From Clostridiales bacterium (GTDB lineage Bacteria; Bacillota; Clostridia; Oscillospirales; Oscillospiraceae), in NCBI GenBank assembly GCA_029010715.1, contig JAQXKZ010000024.1:1236-65235 (forward strand): DNA of 64,000 nucleotides, given 5' to 3'. A program made the translations under genes and the position numbers. Positions 1 to 8,696 of this stretch are shown piece by piece (the first letter of the stretch is position 1; every line of letters begins with the position of its first letter). The notes beneath the pieces were generated by a model. That model saw only the letters and a program-made list of their open reading frames with translations, did not search any database and was not told the origin of the DNA.

Positions 1-657
1 CAGCACCACGTTCACCAGCAGCGACAGGGCCATCAGGATCATCCCCAGCGCAATGGCGAGAGTAAAGTTACCCATATTCGTATACTGCATGATGGCCGTG
101 GTCATCACGTTCGTTTTCCAGGCGATGGCACCGCCCACCATGGATACGGCGCCTACCTCCGCAATGGCTCTGGCAAACGCCAGAAGATAGACGGAAAAAA
201 TCGGATAAACACACTCATTGAGCAGCAAAAGAAAACGCTTCCCCGGGCCGAAGCCCAGACCCTTTGCCGTCTCTGTCAGGGCTGGTGCAATGTCAGCCAC
301 ATAGGTTTCCATATTTCCTATAACAATGGGGGTAATCAGCGCTACCTGGGCAATGATCATCAGCTTCACCGTAAACAGCAGCTTCAGATGCCGGAAAGGC
401 CCCACGCCCGAAAACAGCAGATAAAACAGCAGGCCGCAGACCACCGGAGGCACGCCCATGAGCGTGCGGTTGAGGACGATCATGGCGCTGCGTCCGCGGA
501 AGCGGCAGGCACCCAGCCAGAGCCCTATGGGTACGCCGATGAGCAATGCGATCACAGAGCTGCTCAGGCTCACCCTGGCAGTTGTGCCAAGGATATTCAG
601 AAGCTCCCGGTCTGCCGAGAAGATCAGCGCAGCGGCTTTTTGTAAAGCAGTACCCAT
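1..657 (-). CDS. tupB: ABC transporter permease, tungstate type (TupB-like); C-terminal end runs off the window
   Basis: Own translation of the minus strand from ATG 657: MGTALQKAAALIFSADRELLNILGTTARVSLSSSVIALLIGVPIGLWLGACRFRGRSAMIVLNRTLMGVPPVV...AFARAIAEVGAVSMVGGAI...LAIALGMILMALSLLVNVVL. This is the typical TupB/binding-protein-dependent permease layout. It is missing from the ORF track only because no stop lies in the window. It sits directly downstream of tupA. Confidence 0.8.
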   Translation of the reverse strand, partial: MGTALQKAAALIFSADRELLNILGTTARVSLSSSVIALLIGVPIGLWLGACRFRGRSAMIVLNRTLMGVPPVVCGLLFYLLFSGVGPFRHLKLLFTVKLMIIAQVALITPIVIGNMETYVADIAPALTETAKGLGFGPGKRFLLLLNECVYPIFSVYLLAFARAIAEVGAVSMVGGAIAWKTNVMTTAIMQYTNMGNFTLAIALGMILMALSLLVNVVL

Positions 658-733
658 AAACTCTCCCTGTTGAATCAAATAGCCCTGGGTGGATACCCAC
701 CCAAGGCTATCATACGCTTAGCGTCGGAAATAA

Positions 734-1768
734 TCAAGCCATGACTCCGTCGTTTGCCACGAAGGTGAGGAAGGTGGCCTTATCGGTGAGAATATAGGCG
801 TGCATCTGTTCGGCCATAACCAGGCATGCGCCCATACCGGCATTGGCGGACACATACCAGTCAGTATAGTCCGCGAAGCTTTCCGGTTCTGCTGTTATTC
901 CCAGTTCCTCCGGCCACAGGGCAAGCTCTTTCGTGTGGGTACCGGAACCGTCACCGCGGGAAATAAAGCAGTACTTTCCGTCCGCAATGCTCCTGAACGC
1001 AGCCAGAACATCTTCGGCGTCCTTTACGCCTGCAGGGTCGTCAGAGGGGCCGCAGAGCACAAAGTAGTTATACATATAGCTCAGCCTCTCGCTGGGCATT
1101 CCCTCCAGCACATAGGAGAACCCGTCTTCAACGAAGGCCTCTTCCTGCTTCTTGGAGTGGACAAGGATAAGGTCGGCATTGCCCATTTTGGCGTTGGCAA
1201 TGGCTTTGCCTGTACCGGCAGAGTATACCTCGACCTCATATCCGTATTTCTCCTCAAACATGGGCAGCAGATAGCCCAGCAGCCCGGAGTCGTTGACGGA
1301 AGTGGTGGTGGACAGGCGGATCAGTTTTGTATCCTCCGTGGCCTGCGGGATCTCCGCGTCAGAGACCGGACGGTCGTCCTTCAGATAAAACAGATATTCG
1401 CCATAGTCATCAAAGCCGTAATTGGCGGCAGCCTGCTCGCCTTCCTCAGAAAGCAGCCAGTTTATGAGCGCTTCGGCTCCCACGGTGTTCAGCGCCACAT
1501 CCGAAACGGCATTGCCGTCGGCATCCGCAAAGGGAGCTTCGGGATTGACCGCCAGCAGGGAATAGGTGTTGATCATATTGTCGTCCGCTTCCTTGAGGAT
1601 CACGGTGTCGACCACCAACGCGTCTGCCTCAGGCTGAGCAGCAGTCTCCTCAACCGGGGCTGCAGACGGGGCGGTCGTCTCCGCCGCAGGAGCGGCAGTT
1701 TGGCCACCGCAGGCACAAAGCGCCAGCAGCATAATCAGACACAGCAGCAGGGATACAGTTCTTTTCAT
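734..1768 (-). CDS. tupA: Tungstate ABC transporter substrate-binding lipoprotein (TupA-like, apparently circularly permuted)
   Basis: ORF 734..1867, trimmed to ATG 1768 (MKRTVSLLLCLIMLLALCACGG, a signal peptide with lipobox; GGAGGAAG RBS just upstream). The TupA anion-binding motif is present (RLSTTTSVNDSGLLGYLLPMFEEKYG) together with a TupA-like body (SRGDGSGTHTKELALW). Confidence 0.8.
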   Translation of the reverse strand: MKRTVSLLLCLIMLLALCACGGQTAAPAAETTAPSAAPVEETAAQPEADALVVDTVILKEADDNMINTYSLLAVNPEAPFADADGNAVSDVALNTVGAEALINWLLSEEGEQAAANYGFDDYGEYLFYLKDDRPVSDAEIPQATEDTKLIRLSTTTSVNDSGLLGYLLPMFEEKYGYEVEVYSAGTGKAIANAKMGNADLILVHSKKQEEAFVEDGFSYVLEGMPSERLSYMYNYFVLCGPSDDPAGVKDAEDVLAAFRSIADGKYCFISRGDGSGTHTKELALWPEELGITAEPESFADYTDWYVSANAGMGACLVMAEQMHAYILTDKATFLTFVANDGVMA

Positions 1769-1944
1769 TCGTTCTTCCTCCGATTCAAAAAAAATAGCTC
1801 TCCCCAAGACAAGACCGACACAGAAAAAATCTGTGCCGCTTCTGTTCCCGGAAAGAGGCTCGTCCACCGCTTTTCAGAAAGCGTATTCGCTTCCTATAGA
1901 TTAACACGCCGCTGCTGGCAATTCAAGCCGCCCCCTTTCTTTTG

Positions 1945-1974
1945 CGCCAAACAGCACGAAACTGTACGAAACTG
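1945..1974 (-). repeat. Three phased 10-bp direct repeats upstream of tupA (candidate operator)
   Basis: Minus strand reads CAGTTTCGTA CAGTTTCGTG CTGTTTGGCG. This lies ~20-50 bp upstream of a possible -35/-10 (TTGAAT 1921-1926 / TAATCT 1898-1903, 17-nt spacer). Confidence 0.45.
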
Positions 1975-2009
1975 CATTAAACAGGAAAAGCCGCGGCAGC
2001 CTCGTCTTA

Positions 2010-2897
2010 TTATCTCAGGGCAGCATCTCTGCCGGTTTTTTCCGCCTCTGCCACCGCCGAGTCGACAATATCATGTATCCGGCTGCAATTTCCAGCAAGA
2101 TAAAGCCAGTCCGGCTCGCCCAATTTTTTCACCAGCTCCCGCTCCGGAATAAGTCCCAGAGCAGTGATCAGTGTGTCGCAGGGAAGATATTCCTGCTCTC
2201 CGTTGTCCAGATGGAAAAGTGTCACTCCCTGAATGCGGCCCTCGCCGTGTATTTCGGTGACGGTTGAGCGGCAGATCACGGGGATACGATATGCCTCAAT
2301 GCAGCGGCGGTAATTTCTGGCCATACCGCTGCAGCTTCTTCCTTGCTCGATTACCGCGATCACGTGCTTGCCCTCCAAGGTAAACCGCCGGGCCATAATC
2401 ATTCCCAGATCTCCTCCGCCCAGGATCAGGACATTATCGCCCGGGCTCTGGCGCCGGAGGTTAATGCACTCCTGGGCCTGTCCTGCCGTAAATATGCCCG
2501 CCGGCCTCGTGCCTGTGACAGGCAGCGCGCCGATCGTCCTTTCCCGGCAGCCCGCAGCCAGGATAAGACGGTCAAAGCCAAGGGGCCGGAAGCCACTCCG
2601 GCCGGACAACAGCGCAACCTTCTCTTTTTCCACGGAAACAGCTTCCGTACCTGTCAGGAGCTGAACGCCGGTGTATTTAAGCTTCTCTGCCAGTCTGCCT
2701 GCGTAGTCAGGGCCGGTCAGTTCCTCTCCGAAGGCGGAAAGCCCAAATCCCTCGTGCAGGCACTGGAGCAGCACGCCGCCGGGGCTATGGCCCCGGTCAA
2801 CAAGCACGATACTCCTGCAGCCTGATTCCCACGCGGCCACAGCCGCCGCGGTCCCGGCGGCTCCCGCGCCTATAATCAACAGTTCACAGTGCCTCAT
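2010..2897 (-). CDS. NAD(P)/FAD-dependent (pyridine nucleotide-disulfide type) oxidoreductase
   Basis: ORF 2010..2945, trimmed to ATG 2897 (MRHCELLIIGAGAAGTAAAV). Two dinucleotide-binding motifs are present (IIGAGAAG, ILGGGDLG). There is a 14-nt overlap with the stop of the upstream gene. Confidence 0.75.
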   Translation of the reverse strand: MRHCELLIIGAGAAGTAAAVAAWESGCRSIVLVDRGHSPGGVLLQCLHEGFGLSAFGEELTGPDYAGRLAEKLKYTGVQLLTGTEAVSVEKEKVALLSGRSGFRPLGFDRLILAAGCRERTIGALPVTGTRPAGIFTAGQAQECINLRRQSPGDNVLILGGGDLGMIMARRFTLEGKHVIAVIEQGRSCSGMARNYRRCIEAYRIPVICRSTVTEIHGEGRIQGVTLFHLDNGEQEYLPCDTLITALGLIPERELVKKLGEPDWLYLAGNCSRIHDIVDSAVAEAEKTGRDAALR

Positions 2898-4323
2898 ACC
2901 GGCCTCCCAGAATATTGGAGCCTGTGCCGTCCCTGGTGACGGCATTTTCAGCTATTCCCATTTCCAACGCCAACAGCTCCACCAGCTTTTGCCGGCAGCG
3001 GCCGCCTTGACAGCGTCCCATGCCTGCCCCGGTGCGGCGCTTTATGCCGTCCACCGTTACTGCGCCCCGGCGAATAGCCTCCAGAACTTCCGCTTTTGTG
3101 ACGTCCTCGCAATGGCAGATTATCTCGCCGTAGTCCGCATCCTCCGCAATCAGGGCGTTTCTCCGCTCGGGACAAAGGCCGTGGGCTTTCCTGACGCCCT
3201 CTCTGTAAGGCGTGAAGGCCCGGTTCTGGGCGGCCTTCAGGTATGCCGCCGCCTTTTTAGCCGCAAAGCGGCCCAATTCGTCCGCACAGGTCATCCCCGG
3301 TGTTTTTATGCCGATAAAGCTCCAGAAGCCGGGGGCCGGATTTTCAATCACAAAGCTGCCGATACTGCCGCCGTCCACCTTCCGGGGATTGGGACGCACA
3401 GCGGCAAAACTACGGATGGTATTATTCAGGTCGATTTCGGGCAGAAGCTTCAGCGTCTGCTCCCGGATAAAGGCCAGGCCCTCCCTGTCGGTGGCATAGT
3501 CCGTACCGTTTTCCCGCTCGGAAGGGCCAAGCAGCAGGCTCCCCTCCACAGTGGGTACCGCGGAAAGGCCTTTGCCTCCGTCCTCCGGTTCGTATTGGAG
3601 GATATGCCCGGGGGCGTTTTCCGTCTCCCGGTCCAGTACCAGATAGTCCCCCGCGTCGGGCATGATACGGACAGTGGGCGGAAAAATCAGCGCCTGCACC
3701 ATGTCCGCGGCAAGCCCTGCACAATTGAGCACGCAGCGGCAGAAAAAGCTCTCCTCTTCGGTTTCCAGGATATATCCGCCGTCTGCCGCGCTGATGTTCA
3801 TCACCCTTGTATTGAGAAAAAACTCCGCGCCGTTGGCCGCCGCATTTTCCCCGGCAGCGATCCCCAGCGCCCAGGGGTTCACCGTTCCGGTACCCGGTAC
3901 GTACAGGGCCATAGACACTTTGTCTGTAAGTCCCGGCTCCAGTTCCCGCGCCTGAGCACCGCCGAGCAGGCGCAGACCGGGAACGCCGTTCGCCTGTCCC
4001 TGCGCAAGCTTTCTCCGAAGAACTTCGTTTCCTCTTTCTCCCAGACTGACCATCAGCGAGCCGCAGCGGGAAAAGGGTACGTCAAGCTCCCTGCAGAGCC
4101 TGTCAAAGCCGGCATTGGCCCGGACTGTCATCTCCGCTTTCAGCGTTCGCGGCTTATGATCACAGCCGGAATAGACAATGGCCGTATTGGCGCGGGAAAC
4201 GCCGGTGCAGACGTCCTCCCGCGCCTCAAGCAGGGCGACAGATATGTTCCGGCGTCTCAGGTTTCGGGCGGCAAAGCAGCCCAAAAGCCCGCCGCCGATC
4301 ACTGCAGCGTCAAAAGTCCTCAT
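2884..4323 (-). CDS. FAD-dependent oxidoreductase (GlpA / L-2-hydroxyglutarate-oxidase-like) with C-terminal BFD-like [2Fe-2S] domain
   Basis: 479 aa. N-terminal FAD motif AAVIGGGLLGCFAA. C-terminal CHCEDVTKAEVLEAIRRG...GAGMGRCQGGRC, typical of BFD-like domains. Confidence 0.75.
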   Translation of the reverse strand: MRTFDAAVIGGGLLGCFAARNLRRRNISVALLEAREDVCTGVSRANTAIVYSGCDHKPRTLKAEMTVRANAGFDRLCRELDVPFSRCGSLMVSLGERGNEVLRRKLAQGQANGVPGLRLLGGAQARELEPGLTDKVSMALYVPGTGTVNPWALGIAAGENAAANGAEFFLNTRVMNISAADGGYILETEEESFFCRCVLNCAGLAADMVQALIFPPTVRIMPDAGDYLVLDRETENAPGHILQYEPEDGGKGLSAVPTVEGSLLLGPSERENGTDYATDREGLAFIREQTLKLLPEIDLNNTIRSFAAVRPNPRKVDGGSIGSFVIENPAPGFWSFIGIKTPGMTCADELGRFAAKKAAAYLKAAQNRAFTPYREGVRKAHGLCPERRNALIAEDADYGEIICHCEDVTKAEVLEAIRRGAVTVDGIKRRTGAGMGRCQGGRCRQKLVELLALEMGIAENAVTRDGTGSNILGGRYEAL

Positions 4324-4324
4324 C

Positions 4325-6235
4325 TCAAAAAACGCTGATGATCTCTCCGGGGTGATCCAGAGTGTAGCCTCCCATGGCCTGAATACGGGTTCTGAACGCG
4401 TCGCTTTTCAGCGTAGAGATCAGCTGCTGCATCATGGAGCTGCTCCATACCGTCTCAGGGATCAGCAGGTCATACTCCTCGGTGCACATAGGAAGAAAGT
4501 CAAGATCATAGAGCTTTGCCGCGGAATAGATGCCCATGCCCACGTCCGCAGAGCCGCTGGCGATCTGTACTGCCACAGAATTATGGGTAAGCTCCTCCCG
4601 TTCATAACCGTATACAGCAGAGGGATCAACCCCGTCTCTGCGGCACAGATAGTCCATCAGGATCCGGGTGCCCGAGCCTTTCTGCCGGTTTACATAACGT
4701 ATACCGTCCCTGGAGACGTCTGCGAAACATTTCAGCTTCAGGGGATTGCCCCTGGGCAGGATCAGGCCCTGCTGGCGTCCCACGCAGCGTACAAGATACA
4801 CGCCGCCGTGCGGGAAATATTTCCTGATATAGCTCTTGTTGTATTCGCCTGTTTCCGTATCCAGCAGATGGATGCCCGCCGCATGGGCTTCTCCGCGGCG
4901 CACTGCCATGATGCCGCCCATGGACCCCACATGGGACGAGCTGACATACATGCCGTGATTCTCACTGTGAATCATATCGGCCAGCTCATCCAGAAGCGGA
5001 TCGTGGCTGCCGATAATGACAAGGGTGTTTTTCAGCTTCTTTTTCGAATTGAGCAGACGGACCCTGACCTCATCGCCGGCCTGATATCCCTCTGTTCCCT
5101 GGGGCACCTCCAGAATACCGTCCGCCTTCATAAAGGAGGACACCACGCCGCTGCCGCGCGGCCGCGGCGCCGCCATGAGCCTGTCACCCACATAGCCCAT
5201 GCGGACGCGCACATACTCCTGATACTTAAGTCCTGACACCACAGGCCTTGTCAGTTTGGCTCTGGCGCGGCTGCGCCCGGACGTATCCCTTCCGAACCAC
5301 AGGTCGACCAGCGGGCGCAGAAGCTCCTCAACGACGATGATTCCGGACACGGGGTAACCGGGCACGCCCAAAAGCGGGACAGCTCCCACGCAGCCCAGAA
5401 TCGCGGGCTTGCCGGGTTTGATGGCAATGCCGTGATACAGCACCTGGCCAAGCTCCTGCATTACGGAAGCGGAAAAGTCCTCCCGTCCGGCGGAGGAGCC
5501 GGCGTTTAAAATCACCATGTCGCACTCAGCCGCCGCCTTTGCCGTCATGTCCCGTATGGCGTCGAAATCGTCAGGGACAATGGGATAGGTTTTATGGCAG
5601 GCGCCCCAGGAGTCCAGCATGGAAGAGAAGATGGAGGAGTTGAATTCCAGAATGTCGCCCGGCTTGGGGGATGCGCAGGGCGGTACGATCTCATCCCCCG
5701 TGGGGATGATGCCTACCACCGGTCTGCGGACGACCGTCAATTCCATAACGCCCCCGGCAATCATTGCGCCGATGGCGGCGGGCGTGACCTCCATATATCC
5801 CGGCAGGATCATCTCCCCGGCGCACACATCCTCGCCGATCTGGCGGATATGCTGCCAGGGTGCCGCGGGGGAATGTATGGTGACGCTGCCGTCCGCGTTT
5901 TTCACGATGTCTTCCACCATGATGACTGCGTCGCAGCCCTCCGGGACAGGGTCACCCGTATCCACGACCACGAACTGCTTCTCCGTCAGGGTGACCGGCG
6001 TAGTCTCCGTGGCTCCGAAGCTGTCCTTTGCCCGGAGGGCCACACCGTCCATCGCGCTGGCCGCATAGTGAGGCGCGTTGATATTGGCATATACCGCCTC
6101 TGCCGTAATACGCCCGCAGGACTCCTGCACGGCGACAGTCTCCGTCTTCCCGGCAAAGCCGTTGCTGAGCAGAAGATCCCGATAATCCCTTTTCGCCTGT
6201 TCCAGCGGAACATTGGTCAGATAGTTAAATCCCAT
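4325..6235 (-). CDS. moeA: MoeA-family molybdopterin molybdo/tungsto-transferase fused to a C-terminal PBP-like oxyanion-binding domain
   Basis: 636 aa. The first ~400 aa align with the neighbouring MoeA (DGVALRA..., IIPTGDEIV, AGSSAGREDF, GIAIKPGKP). The last ~230 aa (LVIIGSHDPLLDEL...GSGTRILMD...) are homologous to the C-terminal domain of the regulator at 7465..8406. Confidence 0.8.
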   Translation of the reverse strand: MGFNYLTNVPLEQAKRDYRDLLLSNGFAGKTETVAVQESCGRITAEAVYANINAPHYAASAMDGVALRAKDSFGATETTPVTLTEKQFVVVDTGDPVPEGCDAVIMVEDIVKNADGSVTIHSPAAPWQHIRQIGEDVCAGEMILPGYMEVTPAAIGAMIAGGVMELTVVRRPVVGIIPTGDEIVPPCASPKPGDILEFNSSIFSSMLDSWGACHKTYPIVPDDFDAIRDMTAKAAAECDMVILNAGSSAGREDFSASVMQELGQVLYHGIAIKPGKPAILGCVGAVPLLGVPGYPVSGIIVVEELLRPLVDLWFGRDTSGRSRARAKLTRPVVSGLKYQEYVRVRMGYVGDRLMAAPRPRGSGVVSSFMKADGILEVPQGTEGYQAGDEVRVRLLNSKKKLKNTLVIIGSHDPLLDELADMIHSENHGMYVSSSHVGSMGGIMAVRRGEAHAAGIHLLDTETGEYNKSYIRKYFPHGGVYLVRCVGRQQGLILPRGNPLKLKCFADVSRDGIRYVNRQKGSGTRILMDYLCRRDGVDPSAVYGYEREELTHNSVAVQIASGSADVGMGIYSAAKLYDLDFLPMCTEEYDLLIPETVWSSSMMQQLISTLKSDAFRTRIQAMGGYTLDHPGEIISVF

Positions 6236-6246
6236 ATGTCAAAACC

Positions 6247-7461
6247 TCAATTCATAAAAACATTAACCTTTGCGCCTTTTGGAAGGCCCTCGCAGTCCCG
6301 GTCAATGATGAAGTAACCGTCGGCACCCGCGAGCTGGGTAATCAGGCCTGATTTGGAGCGGATGGGGATAGCCAGCAGGCCCTTCTCCGTCTGTTCCAGA
6401 CGGCAGGCGTTGACCTGCGCTCTGCCGTGGTTCGCGCTCACGCTCTCCGTGAGCTCCGCCGTGACCGGGTATTGCGCATCCTCACGGCCCAGCAGTCTGC
6501 CGAGCAGAGGCAGGACAAAGAGTTTGGCCACAAAGCAGGCCGCTACAGGATGTCCGGGCAGGCCTACCAGCGGCTTATTGCCGCTCCTGCCCAGAATTGT
6601 GGGTTTTCCGGGCTTGATGGCAATGCCGTGGAGCAAAAGCTTACCCATATGTTCAATAATGCGGCATGCCGCATCCTTCACGCCCACACTGCTGCCGCCG
6701 GAAACCAGGACTGCGTCACATTCCTGCGCCGCCTGCTCCATTTTTCCCCGGAGCAGCTCTTCATCGTCGGCCACAATGCCGTAATTTTTCACCTCCGCGC
6801 CCCAGGCGCCGAGCATCGCCGTCAGCATGGGGGCGTTTACATCACGGACCTGTCCCGGACCGGGTTTCTGCTCCGGCGGCACCAGCTCGTCCCCGGTGGA
6901 GATCACCCCTACCCGAAGCCGCCTTGAGACAGGAACCTCTGTTCTTCCCACGGCTGCCAGCGCGCCGATATCTTCCGCCGAGAGCACTCGTCCGGCTCTC
7001 AGAATCAGCTTTCCGGGGTACACATCGTCCCCCCGGAAGATCATGTTCATACCCGGCGCGCCGGGCTTCATGACGCCGATGCTTCCATCGCCGTAATCCT
7101 CTGTATATTCCAGCATAACCGCACAGTCCGCACCTTTGGGGATGGCGCCCCCTGTGGGCACATATACACAGCTTCCCTTCGGCAGCGTGAAATCCGCGCT
7201 TTCGCCCATGAGCACCTGCCCGGTCACGGGCAGTATGGCAGGGACGGACTCGGAGCAGCCGAAGCTGTCCGCGGCGCTGAGGGCATAGCCGTCCACTGTG
7301 GAACGGTCGAAATCCGGCACGTATTCCTCCGCCGTAATATCCTCCGCCAGCACACGGCCCACGGACTCCGGCAGCGAGACATGCTCTGACCTGTGGGGCA
7401 AGGGCACAAATTCCGCCCGGATCAGCTCCCATACCTCTTCCGGTGTTTTAACCTGAAGCAT
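6247..7461 (-). CDS. moeA: Molybdopterin molybdenum/tungsten transferase MoeA
   Basis: 404 aa with canonical MoeA signatures (STVDGYAL, VISTGDELV, SGGSSVGVKD, GIAIKPGKPT). Confidence 0.85.
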   Translation of the reverse strand: MLQVKTPEEVWELIRAEFVPLPHRSEHVSLPESVGRVLAEDITAEEYVPDFDRSTVDGYALSAADSFGCSESVPAILPVTGQVLMGESADFTLPKGSCVYVPTGGAIPKGADCAVMLEYTEDYGDGSIGVMKPGAPGMNMIFRGDDVYPGKLILRAGRVLSAEDIGALAAVGRTEVPVSRRLRVGVISTGDELVPPEQKPGPGQVRDVNAPMLTAMLGAWGAEVKNYGIVADDEELLRGKMEQAAQECDAVLVSGGSSVGVKDAACRIIEHMGKLLLHGIAIKPGKPTILGRSGNKPLVGLPGHPVAACFVAKLFVLPLLGRLLGREDAQYPVTAELTESVSANHGRAQVNACRLEQTEKGLLAIPIRSKSGLITQLAGADGYFIIDRDCEGLPKGAKVNVFMN

Positions 7462-7464
7462 AGT

Positions 7465-8406
7465 TCACACCTCCGCAATGATCCTGCCCAAATCCCGGTA
7501 ATCATTCCCGGAAAAATGCCTGATCTCTTTTTTGAAAGAAGCGGAGCGAAGGATCTCCAGCAGCTTCTCCGCCGCCGCCGTTTCCATAAACTCCCTGCGC
7601 ATTACCAGATCAAAACGCTCCTCCAGCAGAGGAATAAAATCCAGCCCCTCAATCTGGCGGGAAATGCGCTCCGTGCCGATGGCAAGATCCGCCTCCCCCT
7701 CCGCAATGGCTGCAGCCATAGTAAGGTGAGATTTCATCTCCCGTTCGTAGCCCCTGATCTGCCCCGCCTGCAGGTTCATACGGTGCAGCTGTTCGTCCAG
7801 CAGAATACGCGCGCTGGAGCCGGGGCTGCGGTTAAGGATGGATATATCCCGCCTGCTCAGATCCCGCCAGCCGCGTATTTCCTTGGGATTTCCCGCCGCC
7901 ACATAAAAGCCCTGAGTGCGGTAGGAGATGTTGATGAGCGCGGCAGGCACGCCGGGCACCAGTCTTTTCACAAATGGAGCGTTGAAGGTGTTTTCATCGG
8001 CGGCATAGAGATGGCAGGCCGCCGCATCCACCTTTCCCTCATACAGGGCCAAAAGTCCCTCAAAGCTGTTAAGATAGCAGCGCTGCGCCGTTACGCCATA
8101 CTGGTGCAGATAGTTTGCCAGAATATCCAGCACCACATCCTGCCCGGAGATGACCAGCCCGTCCCCGTTTTCCGGCCTGGGGCTGAGCAGCGTGCTGCTG
8201 ATCTCCACCCGGCGCACGGGCTGCACGCTCTGTTCATGGCGTGCACGGGAGATATAGGCATCCACATCGTCCTGAGTAAAGCGTACCTTGCGCCCGATCT
8301 TGTAGGAATTGATCTCTCCGCGGCGAATCAGCTCATAAATGGTGGACTTGCTCACATGGAGGATATCTGCCACCTCCTGCGTGGAGAGAGATTTATTCTG
8401 CGACAT
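7465..8406 (-). CDS. Excisionase/MerR-type HTH regulator with PBP-like oxyanion-binding domain (putative tungstate/molybdate-responsive regulator)
   Basis: ORF 7465..8466, trimmed to ATG 8406 (MSQNKSLSTQEVADILHVSKSTIYELIRRGEINSYKIGRKVRF; AAAGGAGGGG RBS upstream). The C-terminal ~230 aa are paralogous to the PBP-like domain fused to MoeA. Confidence 0.7.
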   Translation of the reverse strand: MSQNKSLSTQEVADILHVSKSTIYELIRRGEINSYKIGRKVRFTQDDVDAYISRARHEQSVQPVRRVEISSTLLSPRPENGDGLVISGQDVVLDILANYLHQYGVTAQRCYLNSFEGLLALYEGKVDAAACHLYAADENTFNAPFVKRLVPGVPAALINISYRTQGFYVAAGNPKEIRGWRDLSRRDISILNRSPGSSARILLDEQLHRMNLQAGQIRGYEREMKSHLTMAAAIAEGEADLAIGTERISRQIEGLDFIPLLEERFDLVMRREFMETAAAEKLLEILRSASFKKEIRHFSGNDYRDLGRIIAEV

Positions 8407-8490
8407 AAGGCCCCTCCTTTCATACGATAATGAAACTATTATACATTTTCTGCAGAAAACACACAAGTCATGCCCTCAAAGGTGATTCAG

Positions 8491-8520
8491 CCTGTTTCGT
8501 ATTATTTCGGCCTGTTTCGC
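8491..8520 (+). repeat. Three phased 10-bp direct repeats in the regulator/aor divergent intergenic region (candidate operator)
   Basis: Plus strand reads CCTGTTTCGT ATTATTTCGG CCTGTTTCGC. It has the same TGTTTCG/TTTCG core and the same 10-bp phasing as 1945..1974. Confidence 0.45.
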
Positions 8521-8593
8521 ACAGAGAAATATTTTCTCCTCCGTGCGATTTGAACGTTTTTGTATCAATTCGCGCGGAAATTATTTAAAAAGC

Positions 8594-8622
8594 TTGTGGA
8601 GCGGGGCAGCAGTAAATATAAT
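8594..8622 (+). promoter_or_regulatory. Putative sigma-A promoter of aor
   Basis: TTGTGG (8594-8599), 17-nt spacer, TATAAT (8617-8622), ~75 nt upstream of the aor ATG. Confidence 0.45.
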
Positions 8623-8696
8623 GGAATCAGAAATTCCGAAACGCGAAAGCGCGCTGAAAGCACACACACTATGATTTTCTATAAGGAGGACTGTAT

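Noticed and set aside
293-700. ORFs 293..700(-), 388..645(+) and 458..673(+) at the left edge.
   Set aside because: They are out of frame with, or opposite to, the TupB-like permease that I could translate continuously from ATG 657 to the window edge. Their sequences look random.
1769-1944. A possible Moco/Wco riboswitch in the ~130-190-nt tupA leader and in the 70-nt aor leader.
   Set aside because: The context would fit, but I cannot reproduce the Moco-motif consensus from memory well enough, and I saw no convincing multi-stem architecture. A cmsearch with the Rfam Moco RNA motif model would decide this. It is left as not supported.
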